DNA of 53,684 nt. Source: Bacteroidota bacterium. Lineage in GTDB: Bacteria > Bacteroidota > Bacteroidia > 2-12-FULL-35-15. The DNA lies in the NCBI GenBank assembly GCA_040388455.1, contig JAZKBX010000120.1, positions 10,982-64,665 on the forward strand, in the 5' to 3' direction. Position numbers and translations under genes: made by a program. Each line of letters starts with the position of its first letter. Position 1 is the stretch's first letter. The notes beneath the pieces were generated by a model. That model saw only the letters and a program-made list of their open reading frames with translations. It ran no database searches and was not told the DNA's origin. Shown one piece after another: positions 46,867 to 53,684 of the stretch.

Positions 46867-48450
46867 TTATTTTTTTCGTTTAGATAATTCTGTAATTGCT
46901 AATTGTGCTTCAATAACTGTGACACCCCTTGAAATATCGTAGCCGGCTTCTGACAAGAAATCTATCTGCTGTTTTGGTGCCGGTTGATTCATGAAAATGT
47001 CATTGACCTGCATTACGCTGAACGTGTTTTCTTCGATATTGTAGCCTAATTTTTTAATTCTTTGCAGCTGAGCTTCGCTGGCAGGATCATTACATCTTTT
47101 GAACCTTGGAATTTTAGGAAGAGGAAATAATTCAAACACTTCATCTTCCTTTCGCTCCACAAGATTAACCATCGCTTCTCGTTTAGCTTTTGCATCCATC
47201 AGCTTTGCTCGATTCTCATCACTTATGAAAATTCGATCTTCAACAGGCAGTAAAGCGTCTTCTGATTCACATGTTATTACCCGGTGCTTGGTAGTATTAT
47301 CTACAACATCTAATATAATGCAACCTTGGCCAAACTTTTCAACATATTTTTCAGTTTTTAATCGAAGTCCGCGGCCAACCGTTTGATAAAATCTTGTTTT
47401 TGATTTTGTAGGAGCGGCAAGTATAATGCATCCTGCGTCCAAATAATCAAACCCTTCTGTCGCTATAAGGCAGTTAACTAATCCTTCTGCTTCATTATCA
47501 ATGAAGTTTTGATTTTTAAAGTCATTGATAATATTTTTTCGTTCAGGTGTTAAATCTGTATCGCCTACTACGTAGTTGGCTTTTACGCCTTTTTCATTAA
47601 AGGCTGCACATAAATCTGTTACGTGTTCTACATTAACACAAAATACAATGAACGGCCTTCCTAAAGCGTGTTTAATATATGAGTTTACGACCAAATAATT
47701 CCGCTCAGGAGAGTTCACCTTCTCTGCTAATTCCTTTTGGTTGAAATCGGCTCCCTGATTATGTACTTTATCAAGGCTTGTTGATGTTTTTACCTTTATT
47801 CCTGTTGGCTTACAAAGGTTTCCATCCTTAATAGCCTTTACAATAGGATATTCGTAAACAATTTCTTCAAAAAGATCGTCAAGGGTTAAATCGTCAATTG
47901 CTCTCCATGGGGTAGCTGTTAAACCAAGTCTTAATATAGGGTTGAAATGATTTAAAATCATTGTCCAGGTAACAGCCCCTGCGTGGTGGCACTCATCCAC
48001 TATAACGAGGTCAAATAGATCAGGTGGCAGTTGATTAAGCCTTCGCCATATTGTTTGAACAGAAGCGATTGTAACGCGTTTATTTGTAATAAGCAAATCT
48101 TCTTTTATAATGCCAATATTATCTTGAACCAAAGTGGCGAATGCGTCTTCTGTATCTCGTTTTGCTTTTAATAGGCTTACGAGTCCTCCACGTATATTAA
48201 ATCCATTTTCAACATATTCCTTTGAGAAATCAAACTGTTCAGCTAAAAATGTAATGGCATTCTGCTCAATTAATTCTATATTGTGATTTAGCCAGAGAAC
48301 GTTTCTGTAGTCCTGTGCAATATCAACTCCTATCTTGCTTTTACCGGTTCCTGTGGCACCAACAATCATCTGTGTTTTAACGCTTCTTTTAAGTGCGTCA
48401 GATGATGCTTGTCTTGCTTCGGACTGGTAATATCTTGCTTTGTGTGCCAT
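46867..48450 (-). CDS. Superfamily 2 DNA helicase (DEAH/UvsW/IRC3-like)
   Basis: RYYQ, ATGTGKS, VDECHH, LGLTATPWR, TEGFD, QTVGRGLR. Confidence 0.92.
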   Translation of the reverse strand: MAHKARYYQSEARQASSDALKRSVKTQMIVGATGTGKSKIGVDIAQDYRNVLWLNHNIELIEQNAITFLAEQFDFSKEYVENGFNIRGGLVSLLKAKRDTEDAFATLVQDNIGIIKEDLLITNKRVTIASVQTIWRRLNQLPPDLFDLVIVDECHHAGAVTWTMILNHFNPILRLGLTATPWRAIDDLTLDDLFEEIVYEYPIVKAIKDGNLCKPTGIKVKTSTSLDKVHNQGADFNQKELAEKVNSPERNYLVVNSYIKHALGRPFIVFCVNVEHVTDLCAAFNEKGVKANYVVGDTDLTPERKNIINDFKNQNFIDNEAEGLVNCLIATEGFDYLDAGCIILAAPTKSKTRFYQTVGRGLRLKTEKYVEKFGQGCIILDVVDNTTKHRVITCESEDALLPVEDRIFISDENRAKLMDAKAKREAMVNLVERKEDEVFELFPLPKIPRFKRCNDPASEAQLQRIKKLGYNIEENTFSVMQVNDIFMNQPAPKQQIDFLSEAGYDISRGVTVIEAQLAITELSKRKK

Positions 48451-48458
48451 TTTTAAAA

Positions 48459-48908
48459 CTAAATGCCCTCTTTTTTAGTTATTGTAAAATATTCTAACGG
48501 GGTATTAGATGGGTTGTGGTCGTAATTCCAAATACCAAGTTTACCTTTAATATTTTGAATAGGATGCGGATACAGTACGGCATTTTTAATAATCCAATGC
48601 CATTGTCCTGGAACAGCCCAAACTGATTTACTGTTTTCGATACAGTCAACAATTTCAGCTTCACCAATTATGGAAGAATTGTTAAATTCTCCAACAGTCA
48701 TTATCATTTTATCTTTAATAGATAGAAAATTCCACTGTTCTTCAGTAAGTAAATCGGATATGTGTACTGATGTTTTGTCGTTAACTTTGGAAGAGTGAAT
48801 AAGTATTTTGCCTCTGTAGTGCGTTCTTCTAGAACGATTTTCTACCGTTTTTATGCCAGAGGCAATAAGGTAGGCCCACGGGTTTTTAATGGTTAATGCT
48901 TTCTCCAT
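48459..48908 (-). CDS. ASCH domain protein
   Basis: MEKALTIKNPWAYLIASGIKTVENR...YRGKILIHS...IIGEAEIVDC...KGKLGIW; true start likely 48908. Confidence 0.88.
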   Translation of the reverse strand: MEKALTIKNPWAYLIASGIKTVENRSRRTHYRGKILIHSSKVNDKTSVHISDLLTEEQWNFLSIKDKMIMTVGEFNNSSIIGEAEIVDCIENSKSVWAVPGQWHWIIKNAVLYPHPIQNIKGKLGIWNYDHNPSNTPLEYFTITKKEGI

Positions 48909-48909
48909 A

Positions 48910-49182
48910 TTAATTTGGGAATAAAAGGTTAAATCGTTTTTCTGGTAATGGTATTGGTGGACAAAGTTTGTTAAATTCCTTAGAAATGGATCGTATTGAT
49001 TTATCGGAGGCATTAAAAATTGAGAAGTTTAAGAAGTCTTCTTCATTAGATATTACCACTAATGCAAAACCAATATTTTTTTCAGCATTTTCCTCTGAAG
49101 CTGCCTGTAACTGTTCTATAATTGGGCTAAAGCTTTTGTTAAACACTTTCAGTAATTCTTTTGAGGGTTTATGCTGATCCAT
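48910..49182 (-). CDS. Hypothetical protein, first gene after the structured leader
   Basis: Start MDQHKPS at 49182 preceded by an A-rich context. Confidence 0.6.
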   Translation of the reverse strand: MDQHKPSKELLKVFNKSFSPIIEQLQAASEENAEKNIGFALVVISNEEDFLNFSIFNASDKSIRSISKEFNKLCPPIPLPEKRFNLLFPN

Positions 49183-49204
49183 TTTCTTGAAATGATTAAG
49201 GTTA

Positions 49205-49298
49205 AGAGGGAAAAGAGTGCCGGGTTGGCGCACCGGCTCCTGTTATTACAGGTAGATCAGTTTTCAAATGTTCCGAAAACAGGACTGCGTATTTTGAT
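49205..49298 (-). ncRNA. Structured leader / small RNA with terminator-like hairpin
   Basis: GC-rich island just after a consensus promoter; three hairpins, the last (GCCGG/CCGGC) followed by ACUCUUUUCCCUCUU. Confidence 0.5.
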
Positions 49299-49302
49299 GG
49301 CA

Positions 49303-49333
49303 CAAATGTAGATAAATTGTTTTATAAAACAAA
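49303..49333 (-). promoter_or_regulatory. Consensus Bacteroidota promoter with perfect 16-bp palindrome
   Basis: - strand TTTG 49333-49330, N19, TACATTTG 49310-49303; TTGTTTTATAAAACAA at 49317-49332. Confidence 0.85.
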
Positions 49334-49346
49334 CAATTGTTAGTAA

Positions 49347-49676
49347 TTATTTTTCAAACTTTTGTTTTAATTTATTGTATAAATCAAGATCTTCCCGCAA
49401 ACGCCTTTCTTTGTCGAGTTGTTTGTGCTGATTTTCTTTGTCAACTCTTTTTTGGAGGTCTTCGTCAGACTCCAATTCTTCACGTATGCGCCACAATGTA
49501 ACTGAATCTACGCTACCACTCCAAGCGCTACCAGTTACTTCTATATGGGTTGCACCATCTTTTTTAGCTAATTCTAAAAAATCTGTAAGCTCTGATATTG
49601 GTATGTTTCTGCGAGGGTAATCCATGTCTATCTCTAGTTTTCCGCCAATATTTTTTTTAATTATTTTCTTTTCCAT
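49347..49676 (-). CDS. Hypothetical protein
   Basis: 109 aa, C-terminal coiled coil ending LKQKFEK. Confidence 0.6.
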   Translation of the reverse strand: MEKKIIKKNIGGKLEIDMDYPRRNIPISELTDFLELAKKDGATHIEVTGSAWSGSVDSVTLWRIREELESDEDLQKRVDKENQHKQLDKERRLREDLDLYNKLKQKFEK

Positions 49677-50541
49677 GTTGTTTTAAGTTTTTAAATATAT
49701 GAGCAATTACATCTACTGTCCATCCGTTTATTAACGCCTTGTATCGGCTAGAATTACAAACACCGGCAGTATACTCTTCTGGCATAGTTTGAAGTCTTTC
49801 GCATTCTAAAATAGTGTATCTCCTTACGAATTTATTTGAATGTATATCTATTCTGCCTGTAGATGTTAGTGGAACAATTTCTCCGACCTTACAAACAACA
49901 TCCATTTCAGAGTGATTGCCTGCAGCATGAGCTGTTCCGGTTAAACACCCTGATTTGTTAAAATCTTTTTTTAATTTATTTTTTTTATTTCTAACTTCGT
50001 ATGAATATTTTGTTTCAAGAATGTCACTTAAAAGTGTATTCGTATTTTCCGGAATAGTAACCCCTACTATATTTGTCCAATACAACCTTTTTCTGTTTTG
50101 AGCAGACACTAAATTCGAGTTTATTAAAATTGATTGTGTGCCAATATATTCTGTTATTATATCAGAGTACTGCTTTCTCATTACTACATTTTCAAGTAAA
50201 AACTTAACGTTAGGGTTCTGTTTTTTTATATGATTAAGTATATCTACATAAATAAAAAACAACCTACTTCTTTGATCTAAAAAATTTAACTGTTTTCCTG
50301 CAAAAGAAAAGCCTTGACACGGAGAACCTCCAATCAATAAATCAATTTTATTCCAATCAATAATCCAGCTTTTCCAGTTTTCAATATTTCCAAGCTGTAT
50401 TATATCAGAGTAATTGCGATTAGAAATTTTAATCGGGTCTTTGTCAATCTCCGAAGCATAATAACTGCTTACTTTAACTCCTGCTCTTTCAAGGGCAATT
50501 CTACCACAACTCATTCCATCAAATAGGCTTAGTACATTCAT
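49657..50541 (-). CDS. C5 cytosine DNA methyltransferase
   Basis: Motif I LSLFDGMSCG, motif IV GGSPCQGFS, motif VI LLENV, motif VIII AQNRKRLYW, ECERLQT, NGWTVDVI. Confidence 0.93.
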   Translation of the reverse strand: MNVLSLFDGMSCGRIALERAGVKVSSYYASEIDKDPIKISNRNYSDIIQLGNIENWKSWIIDWNKIDLLIGGSPCQGFSFAGKQLNFLDQRSRLFFIYVDILNHIKKQNPNVKFLLENVVMRKQYSDIITEYIGTQSILINSNLVSAQNRKRLYWTNIVGVTIPENTNTLLSDILETKYSYEVRNKKNKLKKDFNKSGCLTGTAHAAGNHSEMDVVCKVGEIVPLTSTGRIDIHSNKFVRRYTILECERLQTMPEEYTAGVCNSSRYKALINGWTVDVIAHIFKNLKQHGKENN

Positions 50542-50720
50542 TATTTTAAATATTTTTTAAGTTTAGTTATTTGGTGACTGATTGATAGTATTGATTCGTA
50601 TTCGTGGTACAGTTTAGCGTGTATTATTTTTTCTGCCATAGAAACTGTATCATCATCGCATTTATCAAGGTGGTGAGAGACGTTCTCAATAATTATCTTT
50701 TTAAGTTTTAAGTCTGACAT
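50541..50720 (-). CDS. Hypothetical protein
   Basis: Likely start MSDLKLKK at 50720, just after the upstream stop. Confidence 0.5.
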   Translation of the reverse strand: MSDLKLKKIIIENVSHHLDKCDDDTVSMAEKIIHAKLYHEYESILSISHQITKLKKYLK

Positions 50721-50721
50721 T

Positions 50722-51033
50722 TTATTTTCTCCTTTTTTTGGTTCTGCCGTTTTTGGCTTTTTTACGCTTGTAATTCTTTGGTTGACTGTAACTACCTTTT
50801 CTTGATTTTGTTGGTTTGTCGATATCAAAATAGTCCAATTTTGATAATGCATAAGGAATTGGCATTGATTCTGTTTTACCTAACCTTCTTGATTTCACAT
50901 CCAGCAAATCCTTGTCAGTTTCAACTATTATGATTCCTCTTTCAATTTTACCTGACGCATAGGCCATTGTAATATCGTATGAAGAATTGATTCCGATTGA
51001 TGAAACTAAAATTTTTGATAGCCTACTGTTCAT
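50722..51033 (-). CDS. Hypothetical protein with basic C-terminal tail
   Basis: Ends KRKKAKNGRTKKRRK. Confidence 0.55.
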   Translation of the reverse strand: MNSRLSKILVSSIGINSSYDITMAYASGKIERGIIIVETDKDLLDVKSRRLGKTESMPIPYALSKLDYFDIDKPTKSRKGSYSQPKNYKRKKAKNGRTKKRRK

Positions 51034-51278
51034 TACCTACATTTTTTAAGTTCACTTTTAACTTTCAGGAAAACATTTTTCTTAACTTCGTAAACGAAAT
51101 AGTAAAAGTTTTGCTCCATTGATTCTGTAAACGGCTTAACAATATCCTTGTCGTGTTCAATGGCTAAATCCATTAATTCACCGGTATTTTTATCGGCAAT
51201 TGTTACAGTTACTATTCCTTCCGGAGTTAAGCCACTCAGGTATTGTTTTAGTTCAGAGAACTCTTGGCGTAGATTCAT
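51033..51278 (-). CDS. Hypothetical protein
   Basis: 81-aa ORF coupled to neighbours. Confidence 0.55.
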   Translation of the reverse strand: MNLRQEFSELKQYLSGLTPEGIVTVTIADKNTGELMDLAIEHDKDIVKPFTESMEQNFYYFVYEVKKNVFLKVKSELKKCR

Positions 51279-51463
51279 GGTTTCTGTTTTAAAAGGTGTG
51301 TTACTGCATTTTGTAATTGAGAAATATATTCTGTTCGTTCTTTTATTTCTTCCTGAGAAAAGAACTCGTCAAAAGATAACTCGTACTCAATATTTTCCAG
51401 TTTCTTTATTTGTGACTGGTGTTCGTAAATACTTTTCTCTAGCAATTTGATAGCGTACATCAT
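51275..51463 (-). CDS. Hypothetical coiled-coil protein
   Basis: 62-aa ORF, ATGA overlaps. Confidence 0.55.
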   Translation of the reverse strand: MMYAIKLLEKSIYEHQSQIKKLENIEYELSFDEFFSQEEIKERTEYISQLQNAVTHLLKQKP

Positions 51464-51657
51464 ACCTGTCCTTTTTTGGGGCCTCTATTACTAAGAAATT
51501 CAATTCTAAGCTCTTCCATACAATCAATCACCTTCAGTAGCTTTTCCTTTTCTGCTTTAGAAAGTAATCTTGATGCGCTTAATTTTACCAGATTTCCTTT
51601 GGTGCCATTTATTGAGGCGTAAATCTGTTTTCTGTAACTTACAAATGTTCTTTCCAT
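51460..51657 (-). CDS. Hypothetical protein
   Basis: 65-aa ORF. Confidence 0.55.
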   Translation of the reverse strand: MERTFVSYRKQIYASINGTKGNLVKLSASRLLSKAEKEKLLKVIDCMEELRIEFLSNRGPKKGQV

Positions 51658-51666
51658 TTTTTTAAA

Positions 51667-52041
51667 TTAATTATGTTTTATTTGACTTTCTGTCTCCTCC
51701 AGCTCTTCGCTAACGTAGGATGTATACTCCTTTATAACGTTATCAATAATTGCAGCCATTTCGCTCAGTCGTGTATCGTTTAACACAGGAGGCTGAATAG
51801 CATTTAGCTGGCTAATATAAAAATCAAATGCTTCTTGATCTGTTTTCTGTATAGGCAAGTTTTTAATAAGTGCATCCCAGCCGGCTTCATCAAGATAAGC
51901 GATATTACCTTTTGTAATTAAATAGCCACCTATAACAAATCCCTGGTAATCAGTTTTTGCTCCGAGTGCAGTTAATTGATTGATCCTGATACGATTTCGT
52001 TCGTAGTCCATTTTATGGTCTGATAAATTCAATTGTTTCAT
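51667..52041 (-). CDS. Hypothetical protein
   Basis: 124-aa ORF. Confidence 0.55.
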   Translation of the reverse strand: MKQLNLSDHKMDYERNRIRINQLTALGAKTDYQGFVIGGYLITKGNIAYLDEAGWDALIKNLPIQKTDQEAFDFYISQLNAIQPPVLNDTRLSEMAAIIDNVIKEYTSYVSEELEETESQIKHN

Positions 52042-52216
52042 AAAGTTCTTTTACTAATTGTGAGAGTTTTTCTTTATATTCTTCAGACTTTTTATCCATC
52101 GGCTGATCACTATTACCAGTTATTTTAGAGTGCGGAACAAATAGTGTTACTCTATCCTTTGGATCTTCCAGCTTCTTGCGGCCTGCATTCGGATTCTTTG
52201 TGCCTTTTTTTGCCAT
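52013..52216 (-). CDS. Small DNA-binding protein (AGRK arm + ribbon-helix-helix-like)
   Basis: 'KKG...PNAGRKK......RVTLFVP' pattern. Confidence 0.55.
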   Translation of the reverse strand: MAKKGTKNPNAGRKKLEDPKDRVTLFVPHSKITGNSDQPMDKKSEEYKEKLSQLVKELYETIEFIRP

Positions 52217-52243
52217 GATTTTTTAAATATATTAATTAATTAT

Positions 52244-52399
52244 TTAGTGATGATGAATTTCGCTCAGTCGTGGTTTTATATTTTCATTAAACCAATTGTT
52301 AGTATCTTCAGGAAGTATCATTCTCCCTATTTCATCATTTGCATATTTTGCAAAAATGTTAAGTATTGCTATAACAGCCTGTTCGCTATATGTTTCCAT
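52244..52399 (-). CDS. Small hypothetical protein (51 aa, not in ORF track)
   Basis: METYSEQAVIAILNIFAKYANDEIGRMILPEDTNNWFNENIKPRLSEIHHH*; fills the gap, AAAATG start. Confidence 0.55.
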   Translation of the reverse strand: METYSEQAVIAILNIFAKYANDEIGRMILPEDTNNWFNENIKPRLSEIHHH

Positions 52400-52403
52400 T
52401 TTG

Positions 52404-52697
52404 TTAGTTTATTAACGGTTTGTTTAAGGTAAGGATTCGCTCTGATACCCTTAATATAGCCATTGATTTTTTAATACACTTTTTAAGTTTACGAGGCAGT
52501 TTCCTTGTTTTCGGGAACCGTGTTTTCAATAGAACCTTAAAGATGTTGTCTTTAAAAAAGATCATATCTGCTTCACAAATTTCTCTAAAACTTCCCTTAA
52601 AATGAACGAGTGAAATATCTTTAAGTGGTGTATTTTTTTTAGATTCAATCAAATCATTTCTTGTAAATCTGATTATTTTAAGTTGTCTTTTTTGCAT
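52404..52697 (-). CDS. Hypothetical basic protein
   Basis: Contains RKLPRKLKK motif. Confidence 0.5.
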   Translation of the reverse strand: MQKRQLKIIRFTRNDLIESKKNTPLKDISLVHFKGSFREICEADMIFFKDNIFKVLLKTRFPKTRKLPRKLKKCIKKSMAILRVSERILTLNKPLIN

Positions 52698-52872
52698 TTG
52701 TCTTTTTTTTAACTGTTTTTACTTTTTTGGCTGGAACTGAATTTTGTTTTTTGGATTTAATTAACTTAATGGTTGTAGATCCTTTGATTATTTGTTTAAC
52801 TCCACATTTAGTAAACATATCCAGTTCTTCGGCTGGAATTTCTACTATTTTAGGCTGCGCGTTTTTCTTCAT
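52678..52872 (-). CDS. Hypothetical basic protein
   Basis: Begins MKKNAQPK, identical to the upstream gene. Confidence 0.55.
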   Translation of the reverse strand: MKKNAQPKIVEIPAEELDMFTKCGVKQIIKGSTTIKLIKSKKQNSVPAKKVKTVKKKTNAKKTT

Positions 52873-53182
52873 AGGTTTTCAGTTTTTAATTGATGTTTTA
52901 TCATAATATTTTTTTCTTACAAAAATTTTAAAATCTTCTACCATTTTTGTGTAACATTCTTTGGTAAGTTTAATTTTCCTATCTGTTACAACAATTCCTT
53001 TTTCTTGCATATCTTCTTCAAAATTTTGCTCAAAATTATCTGCGCTGGTATCCATATCATATCCAGTATCAGAGTATCCTAAAACACAATCTAACACATA
53101 ACCAAATGATATTTCTGCAATTTCTTTTGCAATTTTTTTTGTGAATGAAACATGTAATTTAGGCTGCGCGTTTTTCTTCATA
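52849..53182. repeat. 25-bp exact direct repeat covering two gene starts
   Basis: TTTAGGCTGCGCGTTTTTCTTCATA at 52849-52873 and 53158-53182. Confidence 0.9.
52879..53181 (-). CDS. Hypothetical protein
   Basis: Begins MKKNAQPK. Confidence 0.6.
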   Translation of the reverse strand: MKKNAQPKLHVSFTKKIAKEIAEISFGYVLDCVLGYSDTGYDMDTSADNFEQNFEEDMQEKGIVVTDRKIKLTKECYTKMVEDFKIFVRKKYYDKTSIKN

Positions 53183-53386
53183 AGACAAAGTTTTAAGTTT
53201 TTTAGTTAGTATTGGTACTTTTTTATACGCTTCTGGATTCCTAATTTGCAGTAACCATCCAGACCAGTTACCTGAATCCTTTAATTGCTTTCGTTTTCCG
53301 GCAATAACTTTTGGTAAGGCAGGCCCAAATACCTGTTGGTGCATTTTACCCTTTACGGCTACAATTATTAGCGGTTTCTGCTCCAT
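53159..53386 (-). CDS. Hypothetical protein
   Basis: Likely start MEQKPLII at 53386, 1 nt after the upstream stop. Confidence 0.55.
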   Translation of the reverse strand: MEQKPLIIVAVKGKMHQQVFGPALPKVIAGKRKQLKDSGNWSGWLLQIRNPEAYKKVPILTKKLKTLSYEEKRAA

Positions 53387-53387
53387 A

Positions 53388-53684
53388 TTATTCAAAATAT
53401 ACTATTTCAAATTCACCTTTTTTAATGTATATCTTTTTAGTTGAGAAATCAGATACAATAGAGGAATCGTTTTGAGTAATATTTTCTTTTTTACCTTTAC
53501 AGTACTCATCATTTATTCTTACCTGGCTGTTTTCCCTCGCTGTTACTTGGCTGTTTTCCCTCGCTGTTACCTGGCTGTTTTCCCACGCTGTTACTTGGCT
53601 GTTTCCCCTCGCTGTTACCTGGCTGTTTTCCCTCGCTGTTACCTGGCTGTTTTCCCTCGCTGTTACCTGGCTGTTTTCCCACGC
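53388..53684 (-). CDS. Octapeptide-repeat (VTARENSQ)n beta-solenoid protein, 5'-truncated; not in ORF track
   Basis: Open from the window end: AWENSQVTARENSQ...VRINDEYCKGKKENITQNDSSIVSDFSTKKIYIKKGEFEIVYFE*. Confidence 0.8.
   Translation of the reverse strand, partial: AWENSQVTARENSQVTARENSQVTARGNSQVTAWENSQVTARENSQVTARENSQVRINDEYCKGKKENITQNDSSIVSDFSTKKIYIKKGEFEIVYFE
53521..53684. repeat. 24-bp tandem repeat, at least 6.8 copies
   Basis: AC(C/T)TGGCTGTTT(T/C)CCC(T/A)CGCTGTT, runs off the window end. Confidence 0.95.

Noticed and set aside
49205-49298. Type III hammerhead ribozyme
   Set aside because: The order GUC-stem-CUGAU-stem-stem is suggestive, but the core reads CUGAUCUA rather than CUGANGA and the GAAA element is missing
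49657-50541. Restriction-modification system
   Set aside because: No cognate endonuclease adjacent; an orphan phage methyltransferase is ordinary, and its target cannot be inferred by eye
53521-53684. CRISPR array or replication iterons
   Set aside because: Units are contiguous with no spacers, the period is a multiple of 3, and the - strand frame is open into a unique C-terminus, so this is a coding repeat
1-53684. Stop-codon reassignment as in some crAss-like phages
   Set aside because: Genes are full length and densely packed in the standard code; TAG and TGA both end real genes (e.g. TerL, MCP, DUF1360-like); no suppressor tRNA seen

Overview
This window is part of an AT-rich, tailed dsDNA phage genome with podovirus-type organisation, related to the crAss-like/Cellulophaga-type clade. 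The host is very likely Bacteroidota: it has TAnnTTTG -7 promoter elements, A-rich translation starts without Shine-Dalgarno sequences, and signal peptides followed by Gln. Two arms converge on a bidirectional terminator at 33569-33600. The + arm (1-33548) encodes terminase, portal, scaffold, major capsid protein, fibres, tail ring and nozzle proteins, ejection proteins, tail fibres and a lysis cassette, with free-standing GIY-YIG and HNH endonucleases inserted. The - arm (33602-53684) encodes replication, recombination and accessory genes: primase-helicase, SF2 helicase, SSB-like, RusA-like, NinB-like, Rnl2-type RNA ligase, KTSC, ASCH, a C5 DNA methyltransferase, one tRNA(CAT) and many small ORFs. 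The most notable unexplained signals are: (1) a ~360-nt ORF-free, heavily base-paired and probably pseudoknotted RNA abutting the tRNA; (2) six fixed-spacing late promoters, TTGTTAC(A)-N26/27-TAnnTTTG; (3) tail-fibre and beta-propeller proteins with Sec-type signal peptides; (4) an A10 slippage site that joins two frames of the giant ejection protein gene; (5) a palindromic operator inside two early promoters, one of which drives a switch-like leader RNA. All product calls come from motif recognition and gene order, not database searches.
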